Assembly: GCF_001194135.2 (NCBI RefSeq)
Contig: NC_068999.1
Location: 31,973,597 to 32,037,596, forward strand
DNA from: Octopus bimaculoides
Lineage: Eukaryota
DNA length: 64,000 nt
Direction: 5' to 3'
Each line of letters begins with the position of its first letter. Positions within the stretch are counted from its first letter, which is position 1. A model generated the notes under the pieces. It did no database searches, was not told the origin of the DNA, and saw only the letters and a list, made by a program, of their open reading frames with translations. The translations under genes were made by a program, and so were the position numbers. Below, one piece after another: positions 60,395-64,000 of this stretch.

Positions 60395-62205
60395 CATCAT
60401 CATCATCATCATCATCATCATTTTCCATGTTGGCATAGGTTACATGGTTTAACTGGGACTGGTAAACCAGAGAGCTGTACTAGGCTCCAGTCTGATTTGG
60501 CCTGATTTCTTCAGCTGGACACCCTTCCTAATGCCAAGAATATAGTGGGTACTTTTTACATGTCACTGCTACTGGCCGCAACTATGACTATAACTATAAT
60601 TTCTCTTGGCTTGACATGTCTTCTGGAGTGCAGCAAATCACCAAAGGTCTCAATCACTCATCATTACCTCTGTGAGACCCAGCATCTGAAGATCCATGTC
60701 TTCCTGGGTCTACCTTTTCCACAGTTTCCCTCCACAGTTAGAGATTAGTACTTCTTTATGCAGCTATTCTTATCTATATGCTTCACATGACCATACCAAT
60801 ACAGTTTTCTCTCATGATGCCATTTATGCTGAAATTTTCTTTCATGATGCTTACACTCTGTTGTACGTGCACACTGACATTGCACAAGCAGCAAAGCATG
60901 CTAACTTCGTTTCTTTCAAGCCTTCTCATGTCCTCTGCAGTTATAGCCCATGTGTCACTGCTGTGCAGCATGGCTGTTCATGCTCAGGCATCATACAATC
61001 TACCTTTCATGCTGAGGGAGAGGCCTTTTCTTACCAACAAAGGTAGAACCTCTCTGAACTTTGCCCAGCCTATTCTTATTCTAGCAGTTACACTCTGAGC
61101 ATCGACCTCCACTGCTGACTTGGTCACCCAGATAACAGAAGCTATCAGCTACTTCTAAATATCCTCCCTGGCATTTGACAAAATCTATTTTCTGTACATT
61201 TCTAGTTTTTACCGTACCTGTGTGTCTGCTATGCACAAAGACTAATTTCTCTGGTAACCTTCCTCTGGTATTGCTGCACCTCTTATGTGTCCATAGCTTG
61301 TACTGGGTACATCTTATGAAATTTCTACTTATGCCTTTTCTACATATCGAGCAGGGCCATGACTTTGGAGGGATTTGGGATTTGTCTGTTTTCCTACTTA
61401 CTAAGAGTCTTTGCTAAATTGACTCTAAGGCCTTTTGATTCCAGACTTTGCTTCCACACCTGAAATTTCTCTCTCAAGCTCCTGTAGTGATTCAGCTATA
61501 AGAACAAGGTCATCAGTGTAGAGAAGCTCTCAAAGGTAGCCCATCTTAAATTCTTCTGTTATTGTCTGGAGGACTATGATGAACAAGAGGGTTGAAGACT
61601 GATCCTTGATGAAATCCTACTTGTACACTGAATTCTTTGTTATGCTCATTACCAACCCTCACTTTACTGATTGCATCCCTGTACATGACTTGTACAGCTC
61701 TCACTAACCACTTGTCTATTTGCATTAGCCACCAGATAAGGGAGCAGGGGGACCCTGTTGAAGTCTTTCTCCATGTCAATGAAAGCCAAGTACAGAGGTT
61801 TGTTTTTGGTCAAGTACTTTTGCAGCTGCCTTACCTGGAGTATAGCATCAGTGGTGCTTCTCTCTGGCACAAAACCAAATTGCATCTTATCTAGATTAAC
61901 TCACTTCCTAATTAGTTGAGCTATGATCCTCTCTGTAACTTTCATCACCTGGTCCAACAATTTGATACCTCTGTAATTATTTCTGTCTAAGGCATCGCCT
62001 TCACCTTTGTTGCAGCTGACTATAGTATGACTCCCACTTGTATAACCTGATTAACTATACAGGCAACTAGACCATAACCCACCCTGCCAGATATTTTAAG
62101 CATCTCAGCGATGATTCCTGATGGGCTTCCCCTGTCTTCATATCCTTCATGATTTTACCTACCAAGCTACTATCTATTTGGATTGCTGGTCCCTCTGCTG
62201 GATTC
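60392..62205 (-). mobile_element. 5'-truncated RTE LINE, same family as 48.6-52.4 kb
   Basis: MQFGFVPERSTTDAIL..AFIDMEKDFNRVP; GFHQGSVFNP; WPCSICRKG..WTHKRC; LHSSDTWAITAEDM; (GAT)n tail at ~60400. Confidence 0.9.
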
Positions 62206-62229
62206 ACATTAGGCAGACTCTCCTTTTCC

Positions 62230-63563
62230 CATGAGTAATGTGTGTGTGTGTGTGTGCCTTTGTGTTTTCCCCCACCATTGTTTGACAGCCAGGTTTGGTG
62301 TATTTACATCCCTGTAACTTAACAGTTCTTCAAAAGAGACTGGTTTAAATCACCAGGTTTAACCCTTTCATTACTAACCCAGCTGTAGCCGGCCGAAAAA
62401 TTTTTTGGTTCATAAGACTAACCCGGCTGTAACCGGCCGAGCGTACCCATTGTTATTTAAATGTATATTTGAACCCAAATCTCGTTAGTACATTCGTTAA
62501 AACACCTGATTTCACTTTGCAAACTGTTGAGTTATTGTCTCCGACATTGTTTGGCGTGATATTTGAACTCAGTGAATTTTGGAAGATTTTTTTCCACATT
62601 TTTTGCGGCGTTAATCTTTTTCAACTTTGAAGATGGAGAGGAGTTTCATGCTATCAAGCAGTGATTCCGAATTTGAAGGTTTTTCAACAGAAGATATGGA
62701 GATATCGAAGNNNNNNNNNNNNNNNNNNNNNNNNNNNNNNNNNNNNNNNNNNNNNNNNNNNNNNNNNNNNNNNNNNNNNNNNNNNNNNNNNNNNNNNNNN
62801 NNNNNTATCGAAGAAAAGAATGAATGAGCTACAAAAGCACGTGAATCGGATATTTCTGTATCCGAAACTGAAAGCAGCGACGGCGACAGCGAGGATGATT
62901 TTACACCAGAAAAAGATTAAAAAATATTTTTATTAACAATTTTTCTGAGGAAACAGGGTCTACCCATAGTCTTTCTCAGGAAGCGAAACCTTTAGACTTT
63001 TTCATGCTTGTTTGAAATGATTACTGCGGAAACAAACCGTTACGCAGAATGCAAACAAACTGGAAAAAAAAGATAGCTTGGGGTTTCCTGCAATTGTAGA
63101 TGAAATATGGGCATTTTTTGCCATAAATATTATTATGGGTATTAGACAGTTACCCAGAATAACAAATTACTGGAGCGATCAGGAACCTTTTGGCGATGAC
63201 TATATTTTCAGTATTATGAACAAGTACGATTCGTGAAGCTAAACCAATATTTACATGTGAGAGACACTAGCAGTACCCCAGAGACAAAAATTATGCAATA
63301 GAATTGATTAAGAACCCTTTCTTTAATTATGTTCCAAATATCACATTAATATGTTGATAAATAAAAAAGTTACAGGTATTTAATGAAACTAGTGTAAATT
63401 CATGATTATTTTAGAATTTAATTGAAACTCATGAGGGGTGTATTTTGGTCAGAAATATAGTAACGAAAGGGTTAAAAGAAAAATTTAGTACTGGGGTTGA
63501 TTCATTTGACTAAAAATTCTGCAAGGCATGACCACAGTCTAATGACTGAAACAAGTAAAAGAT
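62230..63563 (+). mobile_element. SINE A 3' tail split by the piggyBac insertion
   Basis: 62230-62358 and 63476-63563 rejoin at TTAA into the tail seen intact at 17570-17720 and 19020-19195. Confidence 0.7.
62363..63471 (+). mobile_element. Internally deleted piggyBac (PGBD4-like N-terminus)
   Basis: TTAA|CCCTTTCATTACTA ... TAGTAACGAAAGGG|TTAA (13/14 TIR match). Coding relic SDSEFEGFS..ETNRYA..EIWAFFAINIIMGIRQLPRITNYWS..IM..RF. Confidence 0.9.
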
Positions 63564-63756
63564 ATATATGTGTAAGTATATGTGTGTATATATATTTATA
63601 TATGCACACACACACACACACAAATATATACAGGGGCAGTTAGTAGCAGGGGCTCCCCGAAAATACAGAGGTGTGCAAATTATTGATGATTATGACAAAG
63701 ATTACTACCATGTACTATTGTATGTGTGTCACTACATAATATTATGTATTAGTATT

Positions 63757-64000
63757 CATCATCATCATCATCATCATCGTTTAACGTCCGCTTTCCATGC
63801 TAGCATGGGTTGGACGATTTGACTGAGGACTGGTGCAACTGGATGGCAACACCAGGCTTCAATCTAATTTGGCAGAGTTTCTACAGCTGGATGCCCTTCC
63901 TAATGCCAACCACTCAGAGAGTGTAGTGGGTGCTTTTACGTGTCACCCGCACGAAAACGGCCACGCTCGAAATGGTGTCTTTTATGTGCCACCCGCACAA
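63757..64000 (-). mobile_element. RTE 3' tail, comparatively young, runs off the window
   Basis: CATCATCGTTTAACGTCCGCTTTCCATGCTAGCATGGG with CpGs retained. Confidence 0.85.

Noticed and set aside
168-63822. Most ORF-track entries (poly-CV, HT, YI, SL, E/K, M or X proteins)
   Set aside because: They are translations of microsatellites or N gaps, not genes.

Overview
AT-rich, microsatellite-rich, repeat-dense animal genomic DNA with about 10 N gaps. The SINE and LINE tails resemble families I recall from Octopus genomes, so a cephalopod origin is likely but unverified. Most of the window is decayed mobile DNA: hAT, Helitron, Tc1/mariner and piggyBac DNA transposons; RTE, Dong/R4-like and HERO-like non-LTR retrotransposons; two Penelope-like elements (PLEs); and three tRNA-derived SINE families. 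No intact long ORF, rRNA, true tRNA gene or CRISPR array is supported. Possible host-gene signals are a CpG-retaining promoter and first exon at about 44.0-44.1 kb (+), a phase-compatible run of minus-strand exons at 53.1-54.8 kb with an unidentified product, and weaker minus-strand exons at 20.8-23.8 kb. The most notable structures are three hammerhead or hammerhead-like ribozyme motifs (16.3, 17.9 and 31.1 kb), a 40-bp hairpin at 37.6 kb, an RTE copy with a twin-priming-type inversion, an intron-bearing hAT relic, a PHD-type finger inside an RTE reverse transcriptase, and RLE LINEs tied to (ATAC)n repeats. All calls come from reading the sequence by eye; no database search or folding computation was run.
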